Source: Magallana gigas (taxonomy: Eukaryota). From it: a DNA stretch of 64,000 nucleotides. The position numbers and the translations under genes are program-made. Under the pieces are notes generated by a model. The model was not told where the DNA came from, searched no databases, and was given only the letters and a program-made list of their open reading frames with translations. Shown piece by piece: positions 25,135 through 40,100 of the stretch (position 1 is its first letter; every line of letters begins with the position of its first letter). Location of the stretch: the NCBI RefSeq assembly GCF_963853765.1, contig NC_088861.1, positions 21,292,281 to 21,356,280 of the forward strand. The letters run 5' to 3'.

Positions 25135-28100
25135 ATGGAAGCATCCTCAGGTAGTGTAGATTTTAGTTTGTTCAAATCATGGTCCCCAGGGGTAGGGTTG
25201 GGCCACAGTAGGGGGATCAAGTTTTACTTAGGAATATATAGAGAAAATCTTTATACATTCTTCGATAAAACTATGACGCCAGGAAAGCTCAAATTAAAAT
25301 GGAAGCATCCTCAGGTAGTGTAGATTTTAGTTTGCACAGTAGGGGGATCAAGTTTTACATAGGAATATATAGAGAAAATCTGTAAACTTTCTTCTCAAAA
25401 ACTATGACGCCAGGAAAGCTCAAATTAAAATGGAAGCATCCTCAGGTAGTGTAGATTTTAGTTTGTTCAAATCATGGTCCCCGGGGGTAGGGTAGGGCCA
25501 CAGGTGGGGGATCAAGTTTTACATAGGAATATATAGAGAAAATCTGTAAACTTTCTTCTCAAAAACTATGACGCCAGGAAAGCTCAAATTCAAATGGAAG
25601 CATCCTCAGGAAGTGAATATTCTTGTTTGTTCAAATCATGGTCCCCGGATGTAGGGTAGGGCCACAGGAGGGGGATCAAGTTTTACATAGGAGTATAGAG
25701 AGAAAATCTTTAAACTTTCTTCTCAAAAACTATGACGCCAGGAAAGCTCAAATTAAAATGGAAGTATCCTCTGGTAGTGTAGATTTTAGTTTGTTCAAAT
25801 CATGGTCCCCGGGGGTAGGGTTGGGCCACAGTAGGGGGATCAAGTTTTACATAGCAATATATAGAGAACATTTTTAAACTTTCTTCTCAAAAACTATGAC
25901 GCCAGGAAAGCTCAAATTAAAATAGAAGCATCCTCAGGAAGTGAATATTCTTGTATGTTCAAATCATGTTCCCCGGGGGTAGGGTTGGGCCACAGTAGGG
26001 GGATCAAGTTTTACATAGGAATATATAGAGAAAATCTTTAAACTTTCTTCCCAAAAACTATGACGCCAGGAAAGCTCAAAATAAAACGGAAGCATCCTCA
26101 GAAAATGAATATTCTTGTTTGTTCAAATCATGGTCCCCGGGGGAAGGGATGGGCCACAGTAGGGGGATCAAGTTTTACATAGGAGTATATAGAGAAAATC
26201 TTTAAACTTTCTTCTCAAAAACTATGACACCAAAAAAGCCCAAATTAAAATGGAAGCATCCTCTGGTAGTGTAGATTTTAGTTTGTTCAAATCATGGTCC
26301 CCGGGGCTAGGGTTGGGCCACAGTAGGGGGATCAAGTTTTACATAGGAATATATAGAGAAAATTTTTAAACTTTCTTCTCAAAAACTATGACGCCAGGAA
26401 AGCTCAAATTAAAATGGAAGCATCCTCAGGAACTGAATATTCTTGTTTGTTCAAATCATGGTCCCCGGGGGTAGGGTTGGGCCACAGTAGGGGGATCAAG
26501 TTTTACATAGGAATATATAGAGAAAATCTTTAAACTTTCTTTTCAAAAACAATGACGCCAGTAAAGCTCAAATTAAAATGGAAGCATTCTCAGAAAGTGA
26601 ATATTCTTGTTTGTTCAAATTATGGTCCCCGGGGGTAGGGTTGGGCCACAGTAGGGGGATCAAGTTTTACATAGGAATATATAGAGAAAATCTTTGAACT
26701 TTCTTCCCAAAGACTATGACGCAAGGAAAGCTCAAATTAAAATGGAAGTATCCTCTGGTAGTGTAGATTTTTGTTTGTTCAAATCATGGTCCCCGGGGGT
26801 AGGGTTGGGCCACAGTAGGGGGATCAAGTTTTACATAGGAATATATAGAGAAAATCTTTAAACTTTCTTCTCAAAAACTATGACGCCAGGAAAGCTCAAA
26901 TTAAAATAGAAGCATCCTCAGGTAGTGTAGATTTAAGTTTGTTTAAATCATGGTCCCCGGGGGTAGGTTTGGGCCACAGTAGGGGGATGAAGTTTTACAT
27001 AGGAATATATAGAGAAAATCTGTAAACTTTCTTCTCAAAAACAATGACGCCAGGAAAGCTCAAATTCAATTGGAAGCATCCTCAGGTAATGTACATTTTA
27101 GTTTGTTCAAATCATGGTCCCCGGGGGAAGGGTTGGGCCACAGTAGGGGGATCAAGTTTTACATAGGAATATATAGAGAAAATCTTTAAACTTTCTTCTC
27201 AAAAACTATGACGCCAGGAAAGCTCAAATTAAAATGGAAGCATCCTCAGGTAGTGTAGATTTTAGTTTGTTCAAATCATGGTCCCCGGGGGTAGGGTTGG
27301 GCCACAGTAGGGGGATCAAGTTTTACATAGAAATATATAGAGAAAATCTTTAGACTTTCTTCTAAAAAACTATGACGACAGGAAAACTCAAATTAAAATG
27401 GAAGCATCCTCAGGTAGGGTAGATTTTAGTTTGTTCAAATCATGGTCCCCGGGGGTAGATTTGGGCCACAGTAGGGGGATCAAGTTTTACTTAGGAATAT
27501 ATAGAGAAAATCTTTAAACATTCATCAAAAAAACTATGACGCCAGGAAAGCTCAAATTAAAATGGAAGCATCCTCAGGTAGTGTAGATTTTAGTTTGTTC
27601 AAATTATGGTCCCTGGATGTAGGGTTGGGCCACAGTATGGGGTTCAAGATTTACTTAGAGATATAGAGAAAATCTTTAAACTTTCTTCTCAAACACTATG
27701 ACGCCAGGAAAGCTCAAATTAAAATGGAAGCATCCTCAGGTAGTGTAGATTTTAGTTTGTTCAAATCATGGTCCCCAGGGGTAGGGTTGGGCCACAGTAG
27801 GGGGATCAAGTTTTACTTAGGAATATATAGAGAAAATCTTTATACATTCTTCGATAAAACTATGACGCCAGGAAAGCTCAAATTAAAATGGAAGCATCCT
27901 CAGGTAGTGTAGATTTTAGTTTGCACAGTAGGGGGATCAAGGAATATATAGAGAAAATCTTTAAACTTTCTTCTCAAAAACTATGACGCCAGGAAAGCTC
28001 AAATTAAAATGGAAGCATCCTCAGGTAGTGTAGGTTTTAATTTGTTCAAATCATGGTCCCCGGGGGTAGGGTTGGGCCACAGTAGAGGGATCAAGTTTTT

Positions 28101-30137
28101 CATAGGAATATATAGAGAAAATCTTTCAACTTTCTTCTCAAAAACTATGGCGCCAGGAAAGCTCAAATTAAAATGGAAGCATCCTCAGGTAGAGTAGATT
28201 TTAGTTTGTTCAAATCATGGTCCCCGGGGGTAGGTTTGGGCCACAGTAGGGGGTTCAACTTTTACATAGGAATATATAGAGAAAATCTTTAAACTTTCTT
28301 CTCAAAAACTATGACGCCAGGAAAGCTCAAATTAAAATGGAAGCATCCTCAGGTAGTGTAAATTTTAGTTTGTTCAAATCATGGTCCCCGGGGGTAGGGT
28401 TGGGCCACAGTAGGGGGATCAAGTTTTACATAAGAATATATAGAGAAAATCTGTAAACTTTCTTTTCAAAAACTATGACGCCAGGAAAGCTCAAATTAAA
28501 ATGGAAGCATTCTCAGAAAGTGAATATTCTTGTTTGTTCAAATCATGGTCCCCGGGGGTAGGGTTGGGCCACAGTAGGGGGATCAAGTTTTACATAGGAA
28601 TATATAGAGAAAATCTGTCAACTTTCTTCTCAAAAACTATGACGCCAGGAAAACTCAAATTAAAATGGAAGCATCCTCTGGTAGTATAGATTTTAGTTTG
28701 TTCAAATCATGGTCCCCGGGGGTAGAGTTGGGCCACAGTAGGGGGATCAAGTTTTACTTAGGAATATATACAGAAAATCTTTAAACTTTCTTCTCAAAAA
28801 CTATGACGCCAGGAAAGCTCAAATTAAAATGGAAGCATCCTCAGGTAGTGTAGATTTTAGTTTGTTCAAATCATGGTCCCCGGGGCTAGGGTTGGGCCAC
28901 AGTAGGGGGATCAAGTTTTACATAGGAATATATAGAGAAAATCTGTAAACTTTCTTCTCAAAAACTATGACGCCAGGAAAGCTCAAATTAAAATGGAAGC
29001 ATCCTCAGGAAGTGAATATTCTTGTTTGTTCAAATCATGGTCCCCGGATGTAGGGTAGGGCCACAGGAGGGGGATCAAGTTTTACTTAACAATATATACA
29101 GAAAATCTTTAAACATTCTTCTCAAAAACTATGACGCCAAGAAAGCTCAAATTCAAATGGAAGCATCCTCAGGTAGAGTAGATTTAGTTTGTTCAAATCA
29201 TGGTCCCCGGGGGTAGGGTTGGGCCACAGTAGGGGGATCAAGTTTTACATAGGAATATATAGAGAAAATCTTTAAACTTTCTTCTCAAAAACTATGACGC
29301 CAGGAAAGCTCAAATTAAAATAGAAGCATCCTCAGGTAGTGTAGATTTAAGTTTGTTCAAATCATGGTCCCCGGGGGTAGGTTTTGGCCACAGTAGGGGG
29401 ATGAAGTTTTACATAGGAATATATAGAGAAAATCTGTAAACTTTCTTCTCAAAAACAATGACGCCAGGAAAGCTCAAATTCAAATGGAAGCATCCTCAGG
29501 TAATGTAGATTTTAGTTTGTTCAAATCATGGTCCCCGGGGGAAGGGTTGGGCCACAGTAGGGGGATCAAGTTTTACATAGGAATATATAGAGAAAATCTT
29601 TAAACTTTCTTCTCAAAAACTATGACGCCAGGAAAGCTCAAATTAAAATGGAAGCATCCTCAGGTAGTGTAGATTTTAGTTTGTTCAAATCATGGTCCCC
29701 GGGGGTAGGGTAGGGCCACAGTAGGGGGATCAAGTTTTACATAGAAATATATAGAGAAAATCTTTAGACTTTCTTCTAAAAAACTATGACGACAGGAAAA
29801 CTCAAATTAAAATGGAAGCATCCTCAGGTAGGGTAGATTTTAGTTTGTTCAAATCATGGTCCCCGGGGGTAGATTTGGGCCACAGTAGGGGGATCAAGTT
29901 TTACTTAGGAATATATAGAGGAAATCTTTAAACATTCATCAAAAAAACTATGACGCCTGGAAAGCTCAAATTAAAATGGAAGCATCCTCAGGTAGTGTAG
30001 ATTTTAGTTTGTTCAAATTATGGTCCCTGGATGTAGGGTAGGGCCACAGTATGGGGTTCAAGATTTACTTAGAGATATAGAGAAAATCTTTAAACTTTCT
30101 TCTCAAACACTATGACGCCAGGAAAGCTCAAATTAAA
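25135..30137. repeat. HOR family copy with a 4-monomer (~658 bp) deletion just after marker A (5003 bp)
   Basis: B1 25135, A-variant 25623, B2 27724 (+2589 rather than +3247), C 28009, D 28501, E 29022. Downstream of B2 the offsets are canonical. Confidence 0.65.
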
Positions 30138-33100
30138 ATGGAAGCATCCTCAGGTAGTGTAGATTTTAGTTTGTTCAAATCATGGTCCCCAGGGGTAGGG
30201 TTGGGCCACAGTAGGGGGATCAAGTTTTACTTAGGAATATATAGAGAAAATCTTTATACATTCTTCGATAAAACTATGACGCCAGGAAAGCTCAAATTAA
30301 AATGGAAGCATCCTCAGGTAGTGTAGATTTTAGTTTGCACAGTAGGGGGATCAAGTTTTACATAGGAATATATAGAGAAAATCTGTAAACTTTCTTCTCA
30401 AAAACTATGACGCCAGGAAAGCTCAAATTAAAATGGAAGCATCCTCAGGTAGTGTAGATTTTAGTTTGTTCAAATCATGGTCCCCGGGGGTAGGGTAGGG
30501 CCACAGTAGGGGGATCAAGTTTTACATAGGAATATATAGAGAAAATCTGTAAACTTTCTTCTCAAAAACTATGACGCCAGGAAAGCTCAAATTCAAATGG
30601 AAGCATCCTCAGGAAGTGAATATTCTTGTTTGTTCAAATCATGGTCCCCGGATGTAGGGTAGGGCCACAGGAGGGGGATCAAGTTTTACATAGGAGTATA
30701 GAGAGAAAATCTTTAAACTTTCTTCTCAAAAACTATGACGCCAGGAAAGCTCAAATTAAAATGGAAGAATCCTCAGGTAGTGTAGATTTTAGTTTGTTCA
30801 AATCATGGTCCCCGGAGGTAGGGTTGGGCCACAGTAGGGGGATCAAGTTTTACATAGGAATATATAGAGAAAATCTGTAAACTTTCTTCTCAAAAACTAT
30901 GACGCCAGGAAAGCTCAAATTAAAATGGAAGCATCCTCAGGAAGTGAATATTCTTGTTTATTCAAATCATGGCCCCCGGATGTAGGGTAGGGCAACAGTA
31001 GGGGGATCAAGTTTTACGTAGGAATATATATAGAGAAAATCTGTAAACTTTCTTCTCAAAAACTATGACGCCAGGAAAGCTCAAATTAAAATGGAAGCAT
31101 CCTCAGGTAGTGTAGATTTAAGTTTGTTCAAATCGTGGTCGTCGGGGGTAGGGTTGGGCAACAGTAGGGGGATCAACTTTTATTTAGGAATATATAGAGA
31201 AAATCTGTAAACTTTCTTCTCAAAAACTATGACGCCAGGAAAGCTCAAATTCAAATGGAAGCATCCTCAGGAAGTGAATATTCTTGTTTGTTCAAATTAA
31301 GGTCCCCCGGGGTAGGGTTGGGCCACAGTAGGGGGATCAAGTTTTACATAGGAGTATATAGAGAAAATCTTTAAACTTTCTTCTCAAAAACTATGACGCC
31401 AGGAAAGCTCAAATTAAAATGGAAGTATCCTCTGGTAGTGTAGATTTTAGTTTGTTCAAATCATGGTCCCCGGGGGTAGGGTTGGGCCACAGTAGGGGGA
31501 TCAAGTTTTACATAGCAATATATAGAGAACATTTTTAAACTTTCTTCTCAAAAACTATGACGCCAGGAAAGCTCAAATTAAAATAGAAGCATCCTCAGGA
31601 AGTGAATATTCTTGTATGTTCAAATCATGGTCCCCGGGGGTAGGGTTGGGCCACAGTAGGGGGATCAAGTTTTACATAGGAATATATAGAGAAAATCTTT
31701 AAACTTTCTTCCCAAAAACTATGACGCCAGGAAAGCTCAAAATAAAACGGAAGCATCCTCAGAAAATGAATATTCTTGTTTGTTCAAATCATGGTCCCCG
31801 GGGGAAGGGATGGGCCACAGTAGGGGGATCAAGTTTTACATAGGAGTATATAGAGAAAATCTTTAAACTTTCTTCTCAAAAACTATGACACCAAAAAAGC
31901 CCAAATTAAAATGGAAGCATCCTCTGGTAGTGTAGATTTTAGTTTGTTCAAATCATGGTCCCCGGGGCTAGGGTTGGGCCACAGTAGGGGGATCAAGTTT
32001 TACATAGGAATATATAGAGAAAATTTTTAAACTTTCTTCTCAAAAACTATGACGCCAGGAAAGCTCAAATTAAAATGGAAGCATCCTCAGGAACTGAATA
32101 TTCTTGTTTGTTCAAATCATGGTCCCCGGGGGTAGGGTTGGGCCACAGTAGGGGGATCAAGTTTTACATAGGAATATATAGAGAAAATCTTTAAACTTTC
32201 TTTTCAAAAACAATGACGCCAGTAAAGCTCAAATTAAAATGGAAGCATTCTCAGAAAGTGAATATTCTTGTTTGTTCAAATTATGGTCCCCGGGGGTAGG
32301 GTTGGGCCACAGTAGGGGGATCAAGTTTTACATAGGAATATATAGAGAAAATCTTTGAACTTTCTTCCCAAAGACTATGACGCAAGGAAAGCTCAAATTA
32401 AAATGGAAGTATCCTCTGGTAGTGTAGATTTTTGTTTGTTCAAATCATGGTCCCCGGGGGTAGGGTTGGGCCACAGTAGGGGGATCAAGTTTTACATAGG
32501 AATATATAGAGAAAATCTTTAAACTTTCTTCTCAAAAACTATGACGCCAGGAAAGCTCAAATTAAAATAGAAGCATCCTCAGGTAGTGTAGATTTAAGTT
32601 TGTTTAAATCATGGTCCCCGGGGGTAGGTTTGGGCCACAGTAGGGGGATGAAGTTTTACATAGGAATATATAGAGAAAATCTGTAAACTTTCTTCTCAAA
32701 AACAATGACGCCAGGAAAGCTCAAATTCAATTGGAAGCATCCTCAGGTAATGTACATTTTAGTTTGTTCAAATCATGGTCCCCGGGGGAAGGGTTGGGCC
32801 ACAGTAGGGGGATCAAGTTTTACATAGGAATATATAGAGAAAATCTTTAAACTTTCTTCTCAAAAACTATGACGCCAGGAAAGCTCAAATTAAAATGGAA
32901 GCATCCTCAGGTAGTGTAGATTTTAGTTTGTTCAAATCATGGTCCCCGGGGGTAGGGTTGGGCCACAGTAGGGGGATCAAGTTTTACATAGAAATATATA
33001 GAGAAAATCTTTAGACTTTCTTCTAAAAAACTATGACGACAGGAAAACTCAAATTAAAATGGAAGCATCCTCAGGTAGGGTAGATTTTAGTTTGTTCAAA

Positions 33101-34190
33101 TCATGGTCCCCGGGGGTAGATTTGGGCCACAGTAGGGGGATCAAGTTTTACTTAGGAATATATAGAGAAAATCTTTAAACATTCATCAAAAAAACTATGA
33201 CGCCAGGAAAGCTCAAATTAAAATGGAAGCATCCTCAGGTAGTGTAGATTTTAGTTTGTTCAAATTATGGTCCCTGGATGTAGGGTAGGGCCACAGTATG
33301 GGGTTCAAGATTTACTTAGAGATATAGAGAAAATCTTTAAACTTTCTTCTCAAACACTATGACGCCAGGAAAGCTCAAATTAAAATGGAAGCATCCTCAG
33401 GTAGTGTAGATTTTAGTTTGTTCAAATCATGGTCCCCAGGGGTAGGGTTGGGCCACAGTAGGGGGATCAAGTTTTACTTAGGAATATATAGAGAAAATCT
33501 TTATACATTCTTCGATAAAACTATGACGCCAGGAAAGCTCAAATTAAAATGGAAGCATCCTCAGGTAGTGTAGATTTTAGTTTGCACAGTAGGGGGATCA
33601 AGGAATATATAGAGAAAATCTGTAAACTTTCTTCTCAAAAACTATGACGCCAGGAAAGCTCAAATTAAAATGGAAGCATCCTCAGGTAGTGTAGGTTTTA
33701 ATTTGTTCAAATCATGGTCCCTGGGGGTAGGGTTGGGCCACAGTAGAGGGATCAAGTTTTTCATAGGAATATATAGAGAAAATCTTTCAACTTTCTTCTC
33801 AAAAACTATGGCGCCAGGAAAGCTCAAATTAAAATGGAAGCATCCTCAGGTAGAGTAGATTTTAGTTTGTTCAAATCATGGTCCCCGGGGGTAGGTTTGG
33901 GCCACAGTAGGGGGTTCAACTTTTACATAGGAATATATAGAGAAAATCTTTAAACTTTCTTCTCAAAAACTATGACGCCAGGAAAGCTCAAATTAAAATG
34001 GAAGCATCCTCAGGTAGTGTAAATTTTAGTTTGTTCAAATCATGGTCCCCGGGGGTAGGGTTGGGCCACAGTAGGGGGATCAAGTTTTACATAAGAATAT
34101 ATAGAGAAAATCTGTAAACTTTCTTTTCAAAAACTATGACGCCAGGAAAGCTCAAATTAAAATGGAAGCATTCTCAGAAAGTGAATATTC
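30138..34190. repeat. HOR family copy truncated at the segmental-duplication junction
   Basis: B1 30138, A 30626, B2 33385 (+3247) and C 33670 sit at canonical offsets. A recombinant junction at ~34190 replaces the D/E part of the unit. 27724-34190 matches 49271-55737 at an offset of 21547. Confidence 0.65.
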
Positions 34191-37100
34191 TTGTTTGTTC
34201 AAATTATGGTCCCCGGGGGTAGGGTTGGGCAACAGTAGGGGGATCAACTTTTACATAGGAATATATAGAGAAAATCTTTGAACTTTCTTCCCAAAGACTA
34301 TGACGCAAGGAAAGCTCAAATTAAAATGGAAGTATCCTCTGGTAGTGTAGATTTTTGTTTGTTCAAATCATGGTCCCCGGGGGTAGGGTTGGGCCACAGT
34401 AGGGGGATCAAGTTTTACATAGGAATATATAGAGAAAATCTTTAAACTTTCTTCTCAAAAACTATGACGCCAGGAAAGCTCAAATTAAAATGGAAGCATC
34501 CTCAGGTAGTGTAGATTTAAGTTTGTTCAAATCATGGTCCCCGGGGGTAGGTTTGGGCCACAGTAGGGGGATGAAGTTTTACATAGGAATATATAGAGAA
34601 AATCTGTAAACTTTCTTCTCAAAAACAATGACGCCAGGAAAGCTCAAATTCAAATGGAAGCATCCTCAGGTAATGTAGATTTTAGTTTGTTCAAATCATG
34701 GTCCCCGGGGGAAGGGTTGGGCCACAGTAGGGGAATCAAGTTTTACATAGGAATATATAGAGAAAATCTTTAAACTTTCTTCTCAAAAACTATGACGCCA
34801 GGAAAGCTCAAATTAAAATGGAAGCATCCTCAGGTAGTGTAGATTTTAGTTTGTTCAAATCATGGTCCCCGGGGGTAGGGTAGGGCCACAGTAGGGGGAT
34901 CAAGTTTTACATAGAAATATATAGAGAAAATCTTTAGACTTTCTTCTAAAAAACTATGACGACAGGAAAGCTCAAATTAAAATGGAAGCATCCTCAGGTA
35001 GGGTAGATTTTAGTTTGTTCAAATCATGGTCCCCGGGGGGTAGATTTGGGCCACAGTAGGGGGATCAAGTTTTACTTAGGAATATATAGAGAAAATCTTT
35101 AAACATTCATCAAAAAAACTATGACGCCAGGAAAGCTCAAATTAAAATGGAAGCATCCTCAGGTAGTGTAGATTTTCGTTTGTTCAAATCATGGTCCCCA
35201 GGGGTAGGGTAGGGCCACAGTAGGGGGATCAAGTTTTACATAGGAATATATAGAGAAAATCTGTCAACTTTCTTCTGAAAATCTATGACGCCAGTAAAGC
35301 TCAAATTAAAATGGAAGCATCCTCAGGTAGTATAGATTTTAGTTTGTTCAAATCATGGTCCCCGGGGGTAGAGTTGGGCCACAGTAGGGGGATCAAGTTT
35401 TACTTAGGAATATATACAGAAAATCTTTAAACTTTCTTCTCAAAAACTATGACGCCAGGAAAGCTCAAATTAAAATGGAAGCATCCTCAGGTAGTGTAGA
35501 TTTTAGTTTGTTCAAATCATGGTCCCCGGGGGTAGGGTAGGGCCACAGTAGGGGGATCAAGTTTTACATAGGAATATAAAGAGAAAATCTGTAAACTTTC
35601 TTCTCAAAAACTATGACGCCAGGAAAGCTCAAATTCAAATGGAAGCATCCTCAGGAAGTGAATATTCTTGTTTGTTCAAATCATGGTCCCCGGATGTAGG
35701 GTAGGGCCACAGTAGGGGGATCAAGTTTTACATAGGAGTATAGAGAGAAAATCTTTAAACTTTCTTCTCAAAAACTATGACGCCAGGAAAGCTCAAATTA
35801 AAATGGAAGAATCCTCAGGTAGTGTAGATTATAGTTTGTTCAAATCATGGTCCCCGGGGGTAGGGTAGGGCCACAGTAGGGGGATCAAGTTTTACATAGG
35901 AATATAAAGAGAAAATCTGTAAACTTTCTTCTCAAAAACTATGACGCCAGGAAAGCTCAAATTCAAATGGAAGCATCCTCAGGAAGTGAATATTCTTGTT
36001 TGTTCAAATCATGGTCCCCGGATGTAGGGTAGGGCCACAGGAGGGGGATCAAGTTTTACATAGGAGTATAGAGAGAAAATCTTTAAACTTTCTTCTCAAA
36101 AACTATGACGCCAGGAAAGCTCAAATTAAAATGGAAGCATCCTCAGGTAGTGTAGATTTTAGTTTGTTCAAATCATGGTCCCCGGAGGTAGGGTTGGGCC
36201 ACAGTAGGGGGATCAAGTTTTACATAGGAATATATAGAGAAAATCTGTAAACTTTCTTCTCAAAAACTATGACGCCAGGAAAGCTCAAATTAAAATGGAA
36301 GCATCCTCAGGAAGTGAATATTCTTGTTTATTCAAATCATGGCCCCCGGATGTAGGGTAGGGCAACAGTAGGGGGATCAAGTTTTACGTAGGAATATATA
36401 TAGAGAAAATCTGTAAACTTTCTTCTCAAAAACTATGACGCCAGGAAAGCTCAAATTAAAATGGAAGCATCCTCAGGTAGTGTAGATTTAAGTTTGTTCA
36501 AATCGTGGTCGTCGGGGGTAGGGTTGGGCAACAGTAGGGGGATCAACTTTTATTTAGGAATATATAGAGAAAATCTGTAAACTTTCTTCTCAAAACCTAT
36601 GACGCCAGGAAAGCTCAAATTCAAATGGAAGCATCCTCAGGAAGTGAATATTCTTGTTTGTTCAAATTAAGGTCCCCCGGGGTAGGGTTGGGCCACAGTA
36701 GGGGGATCAAGTTTTACATAGGAGTATATAGAGAAAATCTTTAAACTTTCTTCTCAAAAACTATGACGCCAGGAAAGCTCAAATTAAAATGGAAGTATCC
36801 TCTGGTAGTGTAGATTTTAGTTTGTTCAAATCATGGTCCCCGGGGGTAGGGTTGGGCCACAGTAGGGGGATCAAGTTTTACATAGGAATATATAGAGAAC
36901 ATTTTTAAACTTTCTTCTCAAAAACTATGACGCCAGGAAAGCTCAAATTAAAATAGAAGCATCCTCAGGAAGTGAATATTCTTGTATGTTCAAATCATGG
37001 TCCCCGGGGGTAGGGTTGGGCCACAGTAGGGGGATCAAGTTTTACATAGGAATATATAGAGAAAATCTTTAAACTTTCTTCCCAAAAACTATGACGCCAG

Positions 37101-40100
37101 GAAAGCTCAAAATAAAACGGAAGCATCCTCAGAAAATGAATATTCTTGTTTGTTCAAATCATGGTCCCCGGGGGAAGGGATGGGCCACAGTAGGGGGATC
37201 AAGTTTTACATAGGAGTATATAGAGAAAATCTTTAAACTTTCTTCTCAAAAACTATGACACCAAAAAAGCCCAAATTAAAATGGAAGCATCCTCTGGTAG
37301 TGTAGATTTTAGTTTGTTCAAATCATGGTCCCCGGGGCTAGGGTTGGGCCACAGTAGGGGGATCAAGTTTTACATAGGAATATATAGAGAACATTTTTAA
37401 ACTTTCTTCTCAAAAACTATGACGCAAGGAAAGCTCAAATTAAAATGGAAGCATCCTCAGGAACTGAATATTCTTGTTTGTTCAAATCATGGTCCCCGGG
37501 GGTAGGGTTGGGCCACAGTAGGGGGATCAAGTTTTACATAGGAATATATAGAGAAAATCTTTAAACTTTCTTTTCAAAAACAATGACGCCAGTAAAGCTC
37601 AAATTAAAATGGAAGCATTCTCAGAAAGTGAATATTCTTGTTTGTTCAAATTATGGTCCCCGGGGGTAGGGTTGGGCCACAGTAGGGGGATCAAGTTTTA
37701 CATAGGAATATATAGAGAAAATCTTTGAACTTTCTTCCCAAAGACTATGACGCAAGGAAAGCTCAAATTAAAATGGAAGTATCCTCTGGTAGTGTAGATT
37801 TTTGTTTGTTCAAATCATGGTCCCCGGGGGTAGGGTTGGGCCACAGTAGGGGGATCAAGTTTTACATAGGAATATATAGAGAAAATCTTTAAACTTTCTT
37901 CTCAAAAACTATGACGCCAGGAAAGCTCAAATTAAAATAGAAGCATCCTCAGGTAGTGTAGATTTAAGTTTGTTCAAATCATGGTCCCCGGGGGTAGGTT
38001 TTGGCCACAGTAGGGGGATGAAGTTTTACATAGGAATATATAGAGAAAATCTGTAAACTTTCTTCTCAAAAACAATGACGCCAGGAAAGCTCAAATTCAA
38101 ATGGAAGCATCCTCAGGTAATGTAGATTTTAGTTTGTTCAAATCATGGTCCCCGGGGGAAGGGTTGGGCCACAGTAGGGGGATCAAGTTTTACATAGGAA
38201 TATATAGAGAAAATCTTTAAACTTTCTTCTCAAAAACTATGACGCCAGGAAAGCTCAAATTAAAATGGAAGCATCCTCAGGTAGTGTAGATTTTAGTTTG
38301 TTCAAATCATGGTCCCCGGGGGTAGGGTAGGGCCACAGTAGGGGGATCAAGTTTTACATAGAAATATATAGAGAAAATCTTTAGACTTTCTTCTAAAAAA
38401 CTATGACGACAGGAAAACTCAAATTAAAATGGAAGCATCCTCAGGTAGGGTAGATTTTAGTTTGTTCAAATCATGGTCCCCGGGGGTAGATTTGGGCCAC
38501 AGTAGGGGGATCAAGTTTTACTTAGGAATATATAGAGGAAATCTTTAAACATTCATCAAAAAAACTATGACGCCTGGAAAGCTCAAATTAAAATGGAAGC
38601 ATCCTCAGGTAGTGTAGATTTTAGTTTGTTCAAATTATGGTCCCTGGATGTAGGGTAGGGCCACAGTATGGGGTTCAAGATTTACTTAGAGATATAGAGA
38701 AAATCTTTAAACTTTCTTCTCAAACACTATGACGCCAGGAAAGCTCAAATTAAAATGGAAGCATCCTCAGGTAGTGTAGATTTTAGTTTGTTCAAATCAT
38801 GGTCCCCAGGGGTAGGGTTGGGCCACAGTAGGGGGATCAAGTTTTACTTAGGAATATATAGAGAAAATCTTTATACATTCTTCGATAAAACTATGACGCC
38901 AGGAAAGCTCAAATTAAAATGGAAGCATCCTCAGGTAGTGTAGATTTTAGTTTGCACAGTAGGGGGATCAAGTTTTACATAGGAATATATAGAGAAAATC
39001 TTTAAACTTTCTTCTCAAAAACTATGACGCCAGGAAAGCTCAAATTAAAATGGAAGCATCCTCAGGTAGTGTAGATTTTAGTTTGTTCAAATCATGGTCC
39101 CCGGGGGTAGGGTAGGGCCACAGGTGGGGGATCAAGTTTTACATAGGAATATATAGAGAAAATCTGTAAACTTTCTTCTCAAAAACTATGACGCCAGGAA
39201 AGCTCAAATTCAAATGGAAGCATCCTCAGGAAGTGAATATTCTTGTTTGTTCAAATCATGGTCCCCGGATGTAGGGTAGGGCCACAGGAGGGGGATCAAG
39301 TTTTACATAGGAGTATAGAGAGAAAATCTTTAAACTTTCTTCTCAAAAACTATGACGCCAGGAAAGCTCAAATTAAAATGGAAGAATCCTCAGGTAGTGT
39401 AGATTTTAGTTTGTTCAAATCATGGTCCCCGGAGGTAGGGTTGGGCCACAGTAGGGGGATCAAGTTTTACATAGGAATATATAGAGAAAATCTGTAAACT
39501 TTCTTCTCAAAAACTATGACGCCAGGAAAGCTCAAATTAAAATGGAAGCATCCTCAGGAAGTGAATATTCTTGTTTATTCAAATCATGGCCCCCGGATGT
39601 AGGGTAGGGCAACAGTAGGGGGATCAAGTTTTACGTAGGAATATATATAGAGAAAATCTGTAAACTTTCTTCTCAAAAACTATGACGCCAGGAAAGCTCA
39701 AATTAAAATGGAAGCATCCTCAGGTAGTGTAGATTTAAGTTTGTTCAAATCGTGGTCGTCGGGGGTAGGGTTGGGCAACAGTAGGGGGATCAACTTTTAT
39801 TTAGGAATATATAGAGAAAATCTGTAAACTTTCTTCTCAAAAACTATGACGCCAGGAAAGCTCAAATTCAAATGGAAGCATCCTCAGGAAGTGAATATTC
39901 TTGTTTGTTCAAATTAAGGTCCCCCGGGGTAGGGTTGGGCCACAGTAGGGGGATCAAGTTTTACATAGGAGTATATAGAGAAAATCTTTAAACTTTCTTC
40001 TCAAAAACTATGACGCCAGGAAAGCTCAAATTAAAATGGAAGTATCCTCTGGTAGTGTAGATTTTAGTTTGTTCAAATCATGGTCCCCGGGGGTAGGGTT

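Larger units (their letters stand above)
14410..25750. repeat. Segmental duplication, copy 1: 11.3 kb block of satellite monomers
   Basis: Near-identical to 34190-45530 at a constant offset of about 19776-19780 bp. Marker pairs 16220/35996, 18979/38755, 19467/39243, 22062/41838, 22347/42123, 25135/44911 and 25623/45399 all fit this offset. Copy-specific variants are shared, for example HPQIE in the C ORF and a one-monomer deletion at ~21852/~41630. Confidence 0.85.
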
